From Phoronis australis (Eukaryota; Animalia; Phoronida), in the NCBI GenBank assembly GCA_002633005.1, contig NMRA01000268.1, forward strand, positions 449,827-513,826: 64,000 nt of DNA, given 5' to 3'. The notes beneath the pieces are model-generated. The model made no database searches and was not told the origin of the DNA. It worked only from the letters and a program-made list of their open reading frames with translations. Below are positions 1 through 13,481 of this stretch, one piece after another (positions within the stretch are counted from its first letter, which is position 1; each line of letters begins with the position of its first letter). The position numbers and the translations under genes were made by a program.

Positions 1-3000
1 AAAAAGAAGACCACCTTGCCTGGAATCTCTCAAACTCCAATTTGTCATTGTAAATAATTTTTTCCAGATTATAGTAATCACATACCTCACTTAAAAATGA
101 CTGAAAATTGGGCTTAGCTTTTTGTAGTCTTTGTCTATATAAATGAAATTTCGCTAAGCAAAGAATTAAATTTACAACTTCTAATCTACAAGACGGAAGA
201 CATATTTAACTGCAGAGAGAAATTGCACTGATTTATCGTCCATGTTTTTAAACATCCCCAAAACTTCTGAACAAGTGAACATTTCCAATACAAATGTAGA
301 ATCGTTTCTTCATGTTGCTCACAGAAAGAACATAAAGACGATTCACTAACACCTATTTTCTTTAAATAAGAGTTTGTACCAATAAGTCTGTGGTTGATAC
401 GGAATTGAAACCATCTGAGTCTGACATCGGAAGTACAATGATGAATTAAAGAATGAATTTTTTTCTAAGATTGAGTATCATCGCGTAAGTTTATTTCTCT
501 CCCCCACTTCAATTCTGCGGCAGGTTTTACATACAATTTAGAAATGAATAATTCATGGTTTTTCCCCGTCCCTTTATTTTCCGAGGAGATTCGAAAAATA
601 TGTTCTGGAAAAAGTGGAGTGACTATAGTACTCTTGACTCTTAGATGATTCCAAGAACGAAGTATTGAACTTCGAATTCCATAAAAATGAGTAATACAAG
701 GACAAAATTGAAAACGTGTACAAAAGGTATGATAATCATAAATATATCCTTTATCGGGGTCAGTTAAATCGTATACGTACCGTATACCCTTTTGAAACCA
801 CTCGTTCCAAAAATTGGACTACTATCTATACAAATTTTGGGGTTATTCCACAAAGGTTGGTACAAAGGATCATCTATCTCACACAGATTGATAAATTCGT
901 ATAAGATATAAAAAATATCTTTCCAAAAATATTCTTAGTACGGTTAGATACTTCAAGGAAAAAACAAGAACCTAACTGAAAAGAGTCATTTTTTATATTA
1001 GGAATAATTTCACATAAAATATTTAGCCAAGGAGAAGTATTGTTATAATAATTTTTGAAGAATCTTCGAATCCAAGATAGTTTAATATCTTTGACAAATG
1101 ACGCAATATGGACCATTTTCCCACCTCCATCTTCAGATTTCTGTACCATGTTTTTTCTAGAGACTCTATCAGAAGAGGTACCCCGTATAAAATTAAAAAA
1201 TATTTTTTCAATGTCTTTACAAAAAGTAGCGAGGAAGTGTGTAAAAGAGGTGAATCAGTTTTGGTAATAAAAAAGATTTGACAACCGTTATCTTACCAAA
1301 GGTAGATAAATTTCTTTTTGACCAATTTTCAATGCCTTTTCTAACCTCGTTTAATTTTACATCGTAGTTTAAGTGAATCATGTCCTGTAAGTTGACAGAG
1401 AAGGTAATTCCAAGAGATGTGAACTGGCAACTTGCCCATCTTGAATCTATTTCACAGCAAAGCTTATCACCACAACATATCTTAGAACCAATCCATATAC
1501 AAACAGTTTTGTCGATATTGGGTGTCAAACCAGAATACTTGGCAAACTGATCAAGAAGGTTAAGTGACGATTTTAAAGAGGTCTCTGAACCATCTAGAAA
1601 GAGGACCGTGTCGTCTGCATATTGCATTAATTTATACTCTAAAGAGCCTACTTTTATGCCTTTAACATTCTCGCATTGCCTCAACATAGATGCCATAATT
1701 TCGGCACACAACAAAAAAGATAAGATGAAAGGGGATCCCCTTGTCTGCAACCTCGGCAAATGTTAAAGTACTTAGACGTTAAGCCATACTGAATGACCGA
1801 AAGTTGGACATTTTCATTGAGTATTGTGAACCAAAGAATAAAATCGCCACCAAAGTTGAAATAGTGTAGAACTTTCTCAAGAAATCCCCAGGACACAGAA
1901 TCAAAGGCTTTTTTAAAATCATTTAATACCAGAAGTCCGGGAATATCCTTAACTTGAGTATATTGTAACATGTCGTAAATCACTCTGGTGTTCTCCCCGA
2001 TAAAGCGACCTGGGAGAAACCCAGTTTGATTAGGATGATTTAACTTATTTAAAACAGATTTTATCCTTTGTGCAATACATGCTGATAATAGTTGATAACT
2101 TGAATTTAGTAAGGAGATTGGTCTCCAATTTTTAATGTTTTCTCGTGGTTTCTTGCCCTTAGGAATCAAAGTAATGACACCTTGACGCATAGTGGTAGGG
2201 AGACGGCCGGTTCGAAAACTGTAATTAAAAGATTTGATCAAAAATGGCGACAATTCTTTCCAAAAAAAAATTGTAAAACCCTACAGGAAAACCATCAGTC
2301 CCCGGAGTTTTGTCATTTTTCATACATTTGAGGACAGCCGCAGCTTCAGTATATGTTTTTGGTCCTTCTAGTTTTTCTTTGAAGTCAGGGGTCACCAAGT
2401 CCTCCAACTCATATTGGAGCGAGTCATTTTCTTTGGCTGCATATAAATTTGCATAGAATTTTTCGATTTCACACGTTATAGCTTTTTGGTTTGTCAAGCT
2501 TCGACCAGTCTCGTCTATAAGTTTGTGGACATTCTTGTTCGTGTAATTGCGTTTTTCTAAGTTACTAAAATATTTGGACGGTTTTTCACCATCCTCGATC
2601 CATTTTATCCAAGATCTCAGCATCATGCCTTGCACTTTGTCCTTTCTAATATATTCGTAATCTTTTTGCAAATCTGAATAAATTTCAAGGAGCAGAGCAG
2701 AATTACTGTTACACATCATTTCTCTAAGAAGATTTAATTGCTCCTCTAAATTCTTTTCATGTCGATGCTTTTCCTTTTTCTTGGAAGCTGAAAAAGACAA
2801 TAATTTCTAATATTCAATAGAATCATCTCAAGAAGAAGAGAGTCGTCTATAGTGGACTGACCGTCTGACAAATTGGAGTCATTATCAGGAGATAAATATT
2901 CCTTCTCTGTTTTAACTATGATGTCTTTCACATTACTGATATACTCTACATCACGTAATAAGGATTTGTTAAGTCGCCATAGACCTTTACCTCTAGCAAA

Positions 3001-3723
3001 TTTAGAGGCCTGAATAGTAGTCACGACACAATGATGGTCGGTTCTCTAACCTGGGGACGATTCAATATTTTCTATCCAAGAGGAAAACTCGTCGGACACT
3101 AGAAAAAAGTCCAGAGTGACGCGCTTGCTTACAAGGATTAATTCTGAACCAAGTATAGCTTGTTGTATTTGGGTAACGTAACCGCCACGGGTCGACCAAA
3201 TTTAACTGCGACATCAGACTGATAACTTGTTTTCTTGCAGCCGGATATTTTTGGTGTTTGTATCCTAAACAGTCAAGATTGAAATCCTGAATCAAATTCC
3301 AGTCGCCACAAATGATTATGAACTCTGAATTGTAGTCAGAGACTACTTGAAGCACGGTTCTAAAAAAATCAGGGTCATCCTTGTTGGGACCATAAATTAA
3401 TATTAGCTAACGTTATTGAGACTCGATTTTCGATAAGTAATTCGATGACAACAAGGTTTCCTTTATCATCAATATGGATTTTACCAACTTCACATTCAAA
3501 GTTATTATTTAGCAATATGTAGACACCTCTCGATTCTCTTGTTCCAGGGCTCATGAAAACATCATATCCCCTGGGCCCTAATAACAGAAATTTCTGATTC
3601 AATAAAATGAGTTTCTTGCAAGCAATAGATACCGCAACACTTCCATCTCAAAAATTCAAAGACATCCTTTCTCTTAATTGTGTCCCTTAGCCCTCTGCAG
3701 TATAAAGATAAGATACTAACCAT
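1..3723 (-). mobile_element. L1/Tx1-clade LINE, near full-length but frameshifted ORF2 (APE endonuclease, reverse transcriptase, C-terminal CCHC)
   Basis: Consecutive minus-strand ORF fragments: APE (SLYCRGLRD, CLQETH, GDWN, DPWR...YTW), WRPISLLNSSY, DFKKAFDSV, GCRQGDPLS, YADD, and CSFCEQHEETILHLYWKC at about 270-330. Multiple frameshifts. Runs off the window start. Confidence 0.93.
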
Positions 3724-4346
3724 GTTCCGACAAAAGACATGACAAATCGAGTCTATCAATTAAAATACTAAGTGTGATGTATATAGAACGTACACAAGTT
3801 GGTGAATCAACAAAAATCTCGCCCAGAAATATGTAAAAAAAACAAAAAGCGCGTGGCTAAAATGTACTTCACCACCTCCATGATACATACTGGACATCAG
3901 CTAAGACGATACCCGCATTCATAGACTTGTGTTGATATGCAAATCAGTTTTAGACACAATGAAAGACTCAACTGAATAGAACACTGCCCACATCAGTCAA
4001 CTTTACATGTAGATGTAATGGGCCGATGCCTAAAAACAAGCAAAGAAAAGACTGGCAGTGTTCTATCTGTTACAAAGTGAAGTCAATAGTTATCATACCG
4101 TAGAAAAGAAACCAAAAACATACCGTCAGCAAAAAGCTGTGTAAGCATATCATATGAGCAATAAAGCAAACAATATTTTGAAGTCTTTAATTAATGAAAT
4201 TTTGGAAACACTATCTAAATATCCGTAAACAGTTCCATTCAAGAACAGCACTGTCCGTGCATGCATGGCCTGGCATACAAACAAATACATCGGTATAGAG
4301 TATCTTTGTTTGATACAAATGATGTCATCACCCTGAGTCGAGTTAC

Positions 4347-4620
4347 CAGGGCCCGGTCTCCAATCTTCGTACTCAGACTCGAATCATGCTCAAACTCACA
4401 CTTCATACTCAACTCGAGTACAGACTCAGCTTTGGTGTATTCAATGTCATACTCGAAAAATCTGTACTCGAAATTTCGAGCACGTACTCAGTTTTCGAGT
4501 GTACTCGAACTGAAGTGTATCTCATCTATATTTCGAGTACGATTTTGAGTAAAAATTCGGAGTCTATGCTCAAATTTCAAGTTTGGTATGGCAGTGTGCT
4601 TGAAATCGTACTCGAAAATA
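4347..4620. repeat. Degenerate short-unit array (GTACTCGA/TCGAGTAC-like), probably inside a non-autonomous DNA transposon
   Basis: Many TACTCG/CGAGTA units in both orientations after a CAGGGCCCGG start. Confidence 0.4.
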
Positions 4621-7600
4621 AATACGAGCCAGAGAACAAAATATCGAAAGGGAACCAAGAAACACAGCAAATCTAAAAAAATAAGTCCTCTTACCGTATC
4701 TCAGCACTTCAATTTCAGTTCAGAGATAATAGTTTTCATCTTAAATCTTCTTATTCTTCACCTTATTAACCCGCCGTATCACTGTATGTTATGGCCGCCA
4801 TTCTACCTCTACAATTCCTGGCAACAGGCGCATTGTAATCCCTTGTCGGCGAGTCATAACAAGCGTCGAAAGCAGTTGTGGGAAAAGTCGTGTGAGAAGT
4901 TTGTGCTGCCCTTATTTCGGTATGTGTGCCTACGTTTTGTAGGGTTTCCAAAAGACGAGGAGGGGAGGGAAGTTAAAAAAAGTTCGCTTCCCTGTCAGGT
5001 ACATTTCTCATCATAACTTAGTCATCTATAATTCCTCAATCCCCAAATGGAATTCCAGATTTTGTTTGCCGATTTCTAAGTAGACGTCTCGTCCCGTTCA
5101 CTGCCACTGGTGAACTCTGAATGCCTGCACAAGTATTGTTTTTCAACTCACGTGCCAAACGTCAACTCACTTGATACATCCCGGTAAAATACAAAGATAC
5201 AGTATCAAAGTTTGACATCAGCGTAGGCCTACACAGCAATGGGTTTTATGTCAAGACTAAATTAGCAACAGAGATGTGATGTGGTAAGCTGTTACATATT
5301 TCTTAAGACATTTTCGGGACTGGGTGAGGAACTCAAGAAGTAAAGCTTAATAATTGCCAAATGTTCAAAGAAATAGCATAAGAATATTTATTGAAACCAA
5401 AAAAAAATGAATAACAGTTACAGAACACTCAGAATTCCACGTTATAGACATACTCTATAACCCCTTGATGAACGGATGCTTTCCAATTAAGGTGACAACG
5501 GATGACGAAGACTTTTTGGTGCATCTGACTACGTCTGCGCTGCCTTATTTTTTAACAATTGCCTCATTATCTTCAGACGTCATTGACGCATTTTTGTGAA
5601 AATTGGAAAATTTGTTTCTATGGTAGTAGCGACAACATGTTTTCATTTCAGACAAATTCGACGTATGGACAGTTTCATTACTTTCAAGTTTTTGTCTTCC
5701 GCACTCTATCTACAAAAGGGGGTACCAGGTAATCATGACATTTGGCAGATGAGTCGCTGCCAAGACCATATACGACTGACGTTGATTTTCGAACGACTGG
5801 GACTTCTGTGACGCCACCTGGTGGCAGATTATGCATCTGGAGCTGTATCTCTTGAAATCGTTGCGGAATCTTTGTGATGTAATCTTAGGGGCATTTTAAT
5901 GGAAGTCAGCCTTGTCCGTGTAGTTAATTGATCAGAAATGATGACATACGGCATGCTCATCATGGTTTTCATCGTCCATGTAAAGCTGTTCTTCACACAA
6001 TAATTGATTTTAGCCCTTGTCATTTGAACGAATGACCACGTTAGATCGGATAAATGTACTGTTTGGAAATGTATGCAGCCTTCATCTACAGCAAAACATG
6101 TTGAGACAGTCGTCTTTTTTAATACTTTCTAATTCTCAATTCAAATAGGTGAGGCAAGCCTGGGATTGCTTTACTTTAATTTACAAGTTATCGTTTAGTA
6201 GAAGTTTCAACAGATGTAAACATAAAATCGACCTGAGTTTTACATTGATACACAAAAAGACATGAAAAACACTTTCAAGAAAGTGATTTATAATTTTGAT
6301 ATGAAGAAGGGAGAGAGGGAGTACACAAAAAGTCCACTATTGTATTATTGTTAGATCCTCCATTGTTGACCATCTATTTCTGAATTCTTTAAAAATTTTG
6401 TTTCGGAATAGTAGTACGATTGTGTTTCAACAAAGTTGATTTCGGAGGTTTACCATTGAGTTGTTACCTGTACAAATAGCTTTTGAACTGGTTGATTTCT
6501 ACATCTGTTTCCAAATAAAACCTATCTGTGTCGTTAGCCATATAGTCGTCTAAAAATAGTTTATACCTTTTCAATTTCTAGTGAGCTTGTGATTTGCTGA
6601 AGTGGCAGCACATGATGCCGCCTCTTGTTGGTTGTTATAGTAAGATGGCGTGGAAGTCTGTTGTTTACAGATTTTGTGCGGATTTACGGATTTCTTTATA
6701 TCAAATGATTTTTAGGAAACAGCTTGAGCTCAGAAGACACTTCAGTGAAGAAATATTTTTTTCAGAATAGGAGTGGAATTAAAGCATCGTTTCCCCGCAA
6801 TTTGGTTATGATAATTATGTTTATATTATCATTTTCGCATTCGGCATCTCAGTCTACCGGTCGTATTTTCTTTTACGTTTTAGGTAACAACTAAAGGTTT
6901 TTGGTATAACTACCTGTTTATTATTTACAGGGCATCCAGTTGATAATTTTAGATGCTGATAGTAATTTTGGACTCGTCTTGTCGTTAGCTGTGCCTCCAT
7001 CTTAGATAATGGTGTCGTCAGTTGCACTGAATTTAGCGCCATTAAAGCCGATAAAAAATGGCTATTCCGCAGAATTTGGTTGCAGTAAGTTTAATAAGAT
7101 AGACAATAAACATGTTTGGACATTTTAAGCTGTAAAATTTTGTAATTTGAATGGTTCAGCGAAGTTGCCACTGGTATTGACATATCAATACTTTGGACCT
7201 TCGAGTGAAATTAAAAATACAAGCACTAACGATATCTGCCAAATTCAATTTGAATGTGTAGAATGGGGAAAAGCACGTAATATATCAAAATGTCTCAATT
7301 TTTTCGCATATACAATGTGTACCATAAACAGAAAGTTGCTTTTGCAAGATGTGACGGATCAACGTATCCCGTGTACAGACAAGTTGTCTTTCTTCGGATG
7401 TAGAAGCATATCCTGATCTAGCGAGTTATGTGGGATATGGCATTGGCAAGGCTTGCAAAGACGCGAGTGATGGCAGATAAAGTCATTTTCTTTGAAGAAA
7501 TTTAAACTTCGAACCATGAAAAGAAACAACAGAAAGTCTACGTTGACTCAAACAAAACAACCCGTTCCTTTACTAATGATACGCAAATGACTTGATAGCT

Positions 7601-8090
7601 ATACCGTTTAGTACCCACAAACTTTCTTCAATATGAAGACTTGTTTCCTCACACTCAAGAGGGTTGGCTTGCAACATTCAGCCACATTTCTAAAGAAAAT
7701 ACTTGATCACATGGTTTCTAACAATGAGCTATAAAATTTATCTCATTGGTTCTAAGACCCGAGTGGTTGCATACTCTGTTATGAAACTTTGTGACAACTC
7801 GGGAGATGATGACAGCTTAATTCACAACAGCAAACTTTGTTCTGAAATTCAGTTTGCTGATATTAAAGTACATATAACTTGTAACGGAATGAAACCGTTC
7901 TGACAACTTGTGACATGTAGGCAACCTCTTGGAAGAAGAACAATTGACTGAAGGATCGGGGTAAAAAGAATCTAGCCAATAGGTGAAGCAATATTTCATG
8001 GCGCCTTAAGCCGAAGTACGAGTTCGCTTCACAAATTTAGCAGCAGAATAACGCTTGAATGCCAATTTTCCAAAATAATTTAGTTAATAT

Positions 8091-8328
8091 AATAAAAAAT
8101 AATTGCAGGCGGTCTCATACACGTTATACCAGACGTGCGCAGGCCTCGCATGTGGGCCCATTGCACGGATCGCCTGGAAATATTTTTATGCTTTATTAAT
8201 ATATGGTTAAAACCGAGCTGAGGAGCTAGAAACCTGGCTCAAGGGTTTAGCAGTGTGACCTGGTGGTTCTTGAACCCACGACCTCGAGTAAAGACAGCGG
8301 GCACTTATCAACCAGGCCACACTGCCTC
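8091..8328 (-). mobile_element. tRNA-derived SINE
   Basis: Minus strand reads GAGGCAGTGTGGCCTGGTTG (A box) ... GGGTTCAAGAACC (B box) ... CCCTTGAGC core and an AT-rich tail. A related copy lies at 51701-51891. Confidence 0.65.
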
Positions 8329-8410
8329 CTCAAATAAATTAGTTCATGTTGTATAGTAATTTGTGTCCCATGCATGCAGTTGTGTCCTCTATACAAATGT
8401 TACTGCCTCC

Positions 8411-8560
8411 CGTTCAGTAACGCTAGGCCGGACTGACCTCGTTAAAAAGCAAGACTTTGTGAGATTTCGTGAGATATTGCCATGTATTTTAAAACAGAAC
8501 ATGTGATTTTGACCAGATTTTAGCTAGGTTTCCGCCTAGGTCCTAGTGCTGCTGAACGCA
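8411..8560. mobile_element. MITE, same family as 31042-31177
   Basis: Termini GTTCAGTAACGCTAGG ... CCTAGTGCTGCTGAAC. Internal sequence is shared with the second copy. Confidence 0.5.
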
Positions 8561-10007
8561 CAGCTGGTTTATTACCCAATATACACCTGTCTGTCTGTTC
8601 TGTTCCTTATCATGTGTATGTTCAATAAAGACTCTGAACTCGAGTTCTCAACTTGATCCCAAATCTACAGTTTACTCAAAGAAGAGTGTAATAGTTTTTA
8701 ATGTCACTAATTTTGAGTGTCCGATTTTATTTGGCCACTTTTTACTCACATCGGCACAAAGCTGCAACGTTTGCACCAAGGCTAGGGTTATGCGTGCTTT
8801 CTTTCAAACCAGTTTCAGGTTTCATTTCTCAAAGCCAAGAATGTCCAAACTGGGCCCAGATTCATTAGATTTGCCGTGTCCAAATAGTGCATAATGGATT
8901 TTCCAGTTGGTTTTAAAAGCGCCGAACTTCAAGATGGAGCAACCCACGTCCTTTGCCAAAAACCACTCTCTACGTAATGTATCGGCAAAACTAACGCGAA
9001 TACCAGTCTAGAATTACTTTTAACGCTTGAACATATCTATTAGCTGTCCTGACGATATAAGTGTTATACCAATGGACCTGTATTCACCGCAGATACTACG
9101 CGAAAAATTACAACTGACGGAAAAAATTAGTAATTTTTTACGAATTTATAGTTTTAAGTGATTTTGAAGGTTCGTCAACGTTTACAAACGTTGAAGACCG
9201 TTCAAAACCACAGTTTATACATGATTACCATAAACAAACAGCACGGAAAAGACACCTCAATTGTGTTTCTGAACCAATCTGCTCATGTTTTGTAAGTAAC
9301 CCGATTTTGGTGATTTCCACACCCTTGTGTGCATAATGACGTCACAACGGACGCCCAATGCGAAATAAAGTTGTTCCCCTACATGGTCTCAGGATGAAAA
9401 GACTGAAGTTACAGCCCATGGTCTCAAATGTTGAACGATTTTGGACGCCACCTTCAGTGTTGGCATAGATTATAGACAACAAATTTGCAACTCCGGCATA
9501 TTCTTACCAGACTGATGTTCTTCTCCAACGTCCATCGTAAAAAATCGACGTTGCAAGTGATGGAAACTTGTCTACGCTGTTTCTTACCTTTAACCCGTTT
9601 TTTAATAAAGGGGTGTACTGTTTTTGTCTCATGTTGATAGTGCATAATCTATGGTTTTACAATGTATTAATCGTGTTAAATGCATATATATGAACTGGTC
9701 TCATTGAGGTGCACAGCAAATAAATTAACTATAACCAATTAAAGTTTTGAAAATATAAAGAGCAGTAACAGACTCCCTAAAAATCAGGCTTGTTTTAGAA
9801 AGGTTTGCGCCATTGGTGATCCGATTGGTTCAATCGCTTGCGGCGGGAAAATGATAGACCCACTCATTGTGCGCGTGTACACTGTATCAATGCTTTGTAT
9901 CTTATTCTTATTTGTCTAATCTGTTGATACAGTAAATTTCCTTATTTATGCCCATCCTGATTTAACCCCGACTTGAGCTCCTTGGGTTCTACCATATTGG
10001 GGCTGTC

Positions 10008-10480
10008 CAGGGACTCACCCAGTCTTCAAAATGGGGGGCTCGAATTCCTGACGTTATGGACCTGTTGTTAACAAGAGAGCGGGCAGACATTTTTGCCCAC
10101 TTCGCCAAATGGGGGGGGCTCGTTTGAGCCCTCCGAGCTCCCCCTGGGTGCGCGCATGAAGTACCACCTTATTGTCATATTTACGAACAATGGAAGTAAC
10201 AGAAATGAAGCACAGTTATCAAAAGCTTTAACTGAGTGGTCATTTGGTGTTGCGTATGGTGTCCGGCATTACAAAAAATAAATACCACATGCGCGCACCC
10301 AGCCTAAAAATGAGGGGGCTCGAATTTTTGAAAATGTGGACCTACGAATTGTGCATTCGCCGAATTTTGGTAGTTCCGGTGTTCTTAGTGCACTTTTGTC
10401 ACGTTTTCTTCTTTTTTTCTGAGTTTCTGCATGTTTCTTCACATATCTCCCAAAACAAAATAAAAATATGCAAACAAAGG
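10008..10480. mobile_element. Two adjacent copies of a small hAT-like MITE, the second cut at an n
   Basis: CATGCGCGCACCCAG / CTGGGTGCGCGCATG termini and a shared ATG(G/A)GGGGCTCGAATT segment. Confidence 0.45.
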
Positions 10481-11218
10481 NCTGGCCAAATGTGCGCATT
10501 ATGCTGAGACCGTCTGATCAGGGCCACCGAAGAGTAATTTGGTTAATTCGCTCACTAGACTATGGCTGAAGGTCCTCGTAAGGACATGAGTTCACCAGTC
10601 ACTACCATTGGAAGAAATTTAGCGGACATTTTTCGTCAAAAAGTTTACCAGATAGTTTTCATCAAAACGGAGAAAAGAAAAATGGATTTGTGAAGACAGG
10701 ATTAAGTAGTAGGCCTACCAGAGCCTCTTAAAAAACACCCATCTTCGTAGTGACTTGAACAAATGTACAAGTTTTTTTGGAAGAACAACTTCCATTCACG
10801 TCGACGCGAGAACATAACTTTTTCTCCCAACCGGCCACACAGCAGCCGACCATGATTAGCAGACGACGTACTTGCCGGAAATTACACCAGATAATTTAGC
10901 CAGGTGTCGCCAGTGTATAATGACGTAAGGGCTTGTGCGCAAGCTCACAGATTTCGTCCATTGAAAGTATACGGAGTTGGCGGTCCATGTACTATAGTCT
11001 ATGGTTTTGGCAATTTTACATAGACAAGAAGAATTGGTGTTTTGTTTGGGTGTATACAGACTCCATTGTCATGTATACTTCTTTGAAATCCAAGGGTCAC
11101 CAGATTCGTAATTTGACAAATTTCTTATCTTTTGATCACATGACTCTCTATTAGCTGACTTTTGAAGCGCAGGTTTTGTAAATTAAAGATACTTGATTTG
11201 AATACATTCCATTGTTAG

Positions 11219-13481
11219 GTGTGATGACGGTGAACGTATCTCCATATCATCTTTCTGTGACTTCATCAAAGACTGCAAAGACGGAAGTGACGAAAGCAAC
11301 TGCACGTTCCCATCCTGCTCCGCAGATGAATTTACGTGTGAATCTGGCCAATGCATCCCGCAAAGCCGATCCTGTGATTTCAAGAGTGATTGTTTCGATG
11401 GATCTGACGAAACCGAAGGTAATTGTCGATGGATAAAAAACTGTGAACAATTGAAGGGGTTCCGCTGTTTTTCCGGAGACTGTATTGCCCGTAACTTAAG
11501 ACACAATTTAAGGAACGATTGTCCTGGGCAGGTCCAAGAAGATGAGCTATTCTCGAAAATAGACTATGCACGAGGGTGGTACATTCCAGTACTTACTTGG
11601 CGTGGTGCTCCGATAGCTGAAACCAATTTGCGACCTTTCTGCTTATCTACCCACAACCATGTGCGTTGCAAGACGAATAACCCATCGTGCTTTGATAGAG
11701 GACAAACCTGCATATACGACGGGGCTTTGGGATGTGGAGACAAAAGCCATCTTAAAAACTGTGAACAATTTCAGTGCATGGGATTTTTCAAGTGTCCGTC
11801 AGGTTATTGCATCCCAAAACACAGGGTGTGTGATGGTACGTGGGATTGTACTGGGGGGAGTGATGAAAGTGCATGTTCGAGTTATAGCTGTCTAGGTGAC
11901 TTTATGTGTCGAGGTGAATCCAGATGTCTGAAGCAGTCTCAGGTTTGCGATGGTGTTGTTGATTGTAAGCAGTCGAAAGACGATGAAATGTTTTGCGACT
12001 TAAAAACTCCATGTCCAAGTGGTTGCAAATGTTGGGGTTATATTCTAATCTGTGAAAATTCCTCTCTCACGGAAGTTCCAAGTGGTTTCAAAAACATGAG
12101 AGCGGTCTTACTTTCGGGAAACGAGCTGTCAATCAACAGCTCTACATTCAATAATTACTCATTTTTAGGGAGGTTGGACTTATCAAATAATCAGATTTCA
12201 GTACTTCCGTCATACACATTCCGTAATTTGCTAAATTTATTCGAATTGATACTGAGAGGAAATTTGTTGACTTCACTGAATTCAAATACTTTCGAAAGCC
12301 TGTCACTGAAATTATTAGATCTACAAATGAATAACCTTAAAACAATTGCAATTGACGCCTTCAATGGTCTGAGAAGAGTTGATGTTCTGAGTTTACAACA
12401 CAACAACGAGTTTCTTTTCATTCATAAAGATACCTTACAAAAGCTGAAGCTGTCCACATTGCTGACAGACAATTTTAGATTCTGTTGTCCAGTTAATAGC
12501 TCTGTTACCTGCAAACCAGAAAAGAACCCGTTTTCTTCTTGTTCTGACATGATTGCAAACAATTTCCTTCGAGTCTCGTTGTGGGTTCTTGGAATTATCG
12601 CTTTTATCGGCAATTTATTTGTTTTCATTTGGAGATTAAAAACTGACAGAGACAGAGCAAATTCTATCTTTCTCATAAATCTTGCGCTTTCCGACTTTTT
12701 AATGAGTATTTACATGCTTTTAATTGCTTTTGTGGATGCATATTTTATGTTAATGGGTGAGTACTACTTGAGAGACCCCTCATGGCGAAACAGCACGCTA
12801 TGTCGGATTGCTGGAGTCACATCTTTCATAGCCTCAGAAATGTCTGTTTACATACTAACCATCATAACCATCGATCGTGTCATCGCGATGGTGTTCGTTT
12901 TCAAGATTCCACCTGTCACCAAGCGCATTGGCGTCATCTTGATGGTGATTGGTTGGTTCACGTGGCTAGCGATAGCGACGCTTCCCTTTTACGCTCTGGG
13001 GAACGGAGACACTAGAGGCAACATGAGCTTCTATGGTGGGACCTCGGTTTGCTTACCCTTTACTCTTTCAACTGATTTCAATTTGATATCTGTTTCTATT
13101 TTCATCATTTTCAACTTTGTAGCTTTTCTTGTAATATTATTGGGCTATTTATTATTGTATATTCACGTTCGGAGTAGCGCCAAGAAGACTGGGAGAGCGT
13201 CAGTTCACCAAGATATCGAACTCGCTAAGAAGCTAAGCCTCATAATCTTTTCTGACTTCTGCTGCTGGTTACCTATAATGGTTGCTGGTTTATTAAGTAT
13301 TACTGGCCATCAGATATCTCCAGAGTTCTCAGCCTGGGTGGCGGTGTTCATTATGCCTTTAAACTCCGCACTGAATCCCTACATTTACACTTTATCGACT
13401 TTTAAATGTGGTCGTGCAAAACGAGGTAACCAGGCTTCCGCTACACGTTTGACAGAATTTACTCACAAAACAGGTTCATGA
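11219..13481 (+). CDS. Terminal coding exon of GRL101-like LDLa-LRR class-A GPCR, paralogue A (about 6 LDLa-type modules, LRRNT, about 6 LRRs, hinge, 7TM)
   Basis: Acceptor ccattgttAG at 11217-11218, then G TGT GAT GAC (CDDGERISISSFCDFIKDCKDGSDESNC) in frame with the 676-aa ORF. Motifs: CPSGCKC, LDLSNNQI, FRFCC, FSSCSDMI, NLALSD, TIDRV, FSDFCCWLP, LNPYIY. Upstream exon(s) not found in the window. Confidence 0.93.

Noticed and set aside
8240-8328. tRNA gene candidates (also about 51850 and 55790)
   Set aside because: A/B boxes are present but there is no full cloverleaf, and they are attached to SINE bodies.
4261-11154. Short ORFs as the missing first exon of paralogue A
   Set aside because: None shows CUB, CTL, LDLa or signal-peptide features. 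They are consistent with chance ORFs in repeats.
11451-13481. ORF-track starts at 11451 (TTG) and 43723 (GTG) as stand-alone genes
   Set aside because: Non-ATG starts, no signal peptide, and the frames extend upstream to clear splice acceptors.
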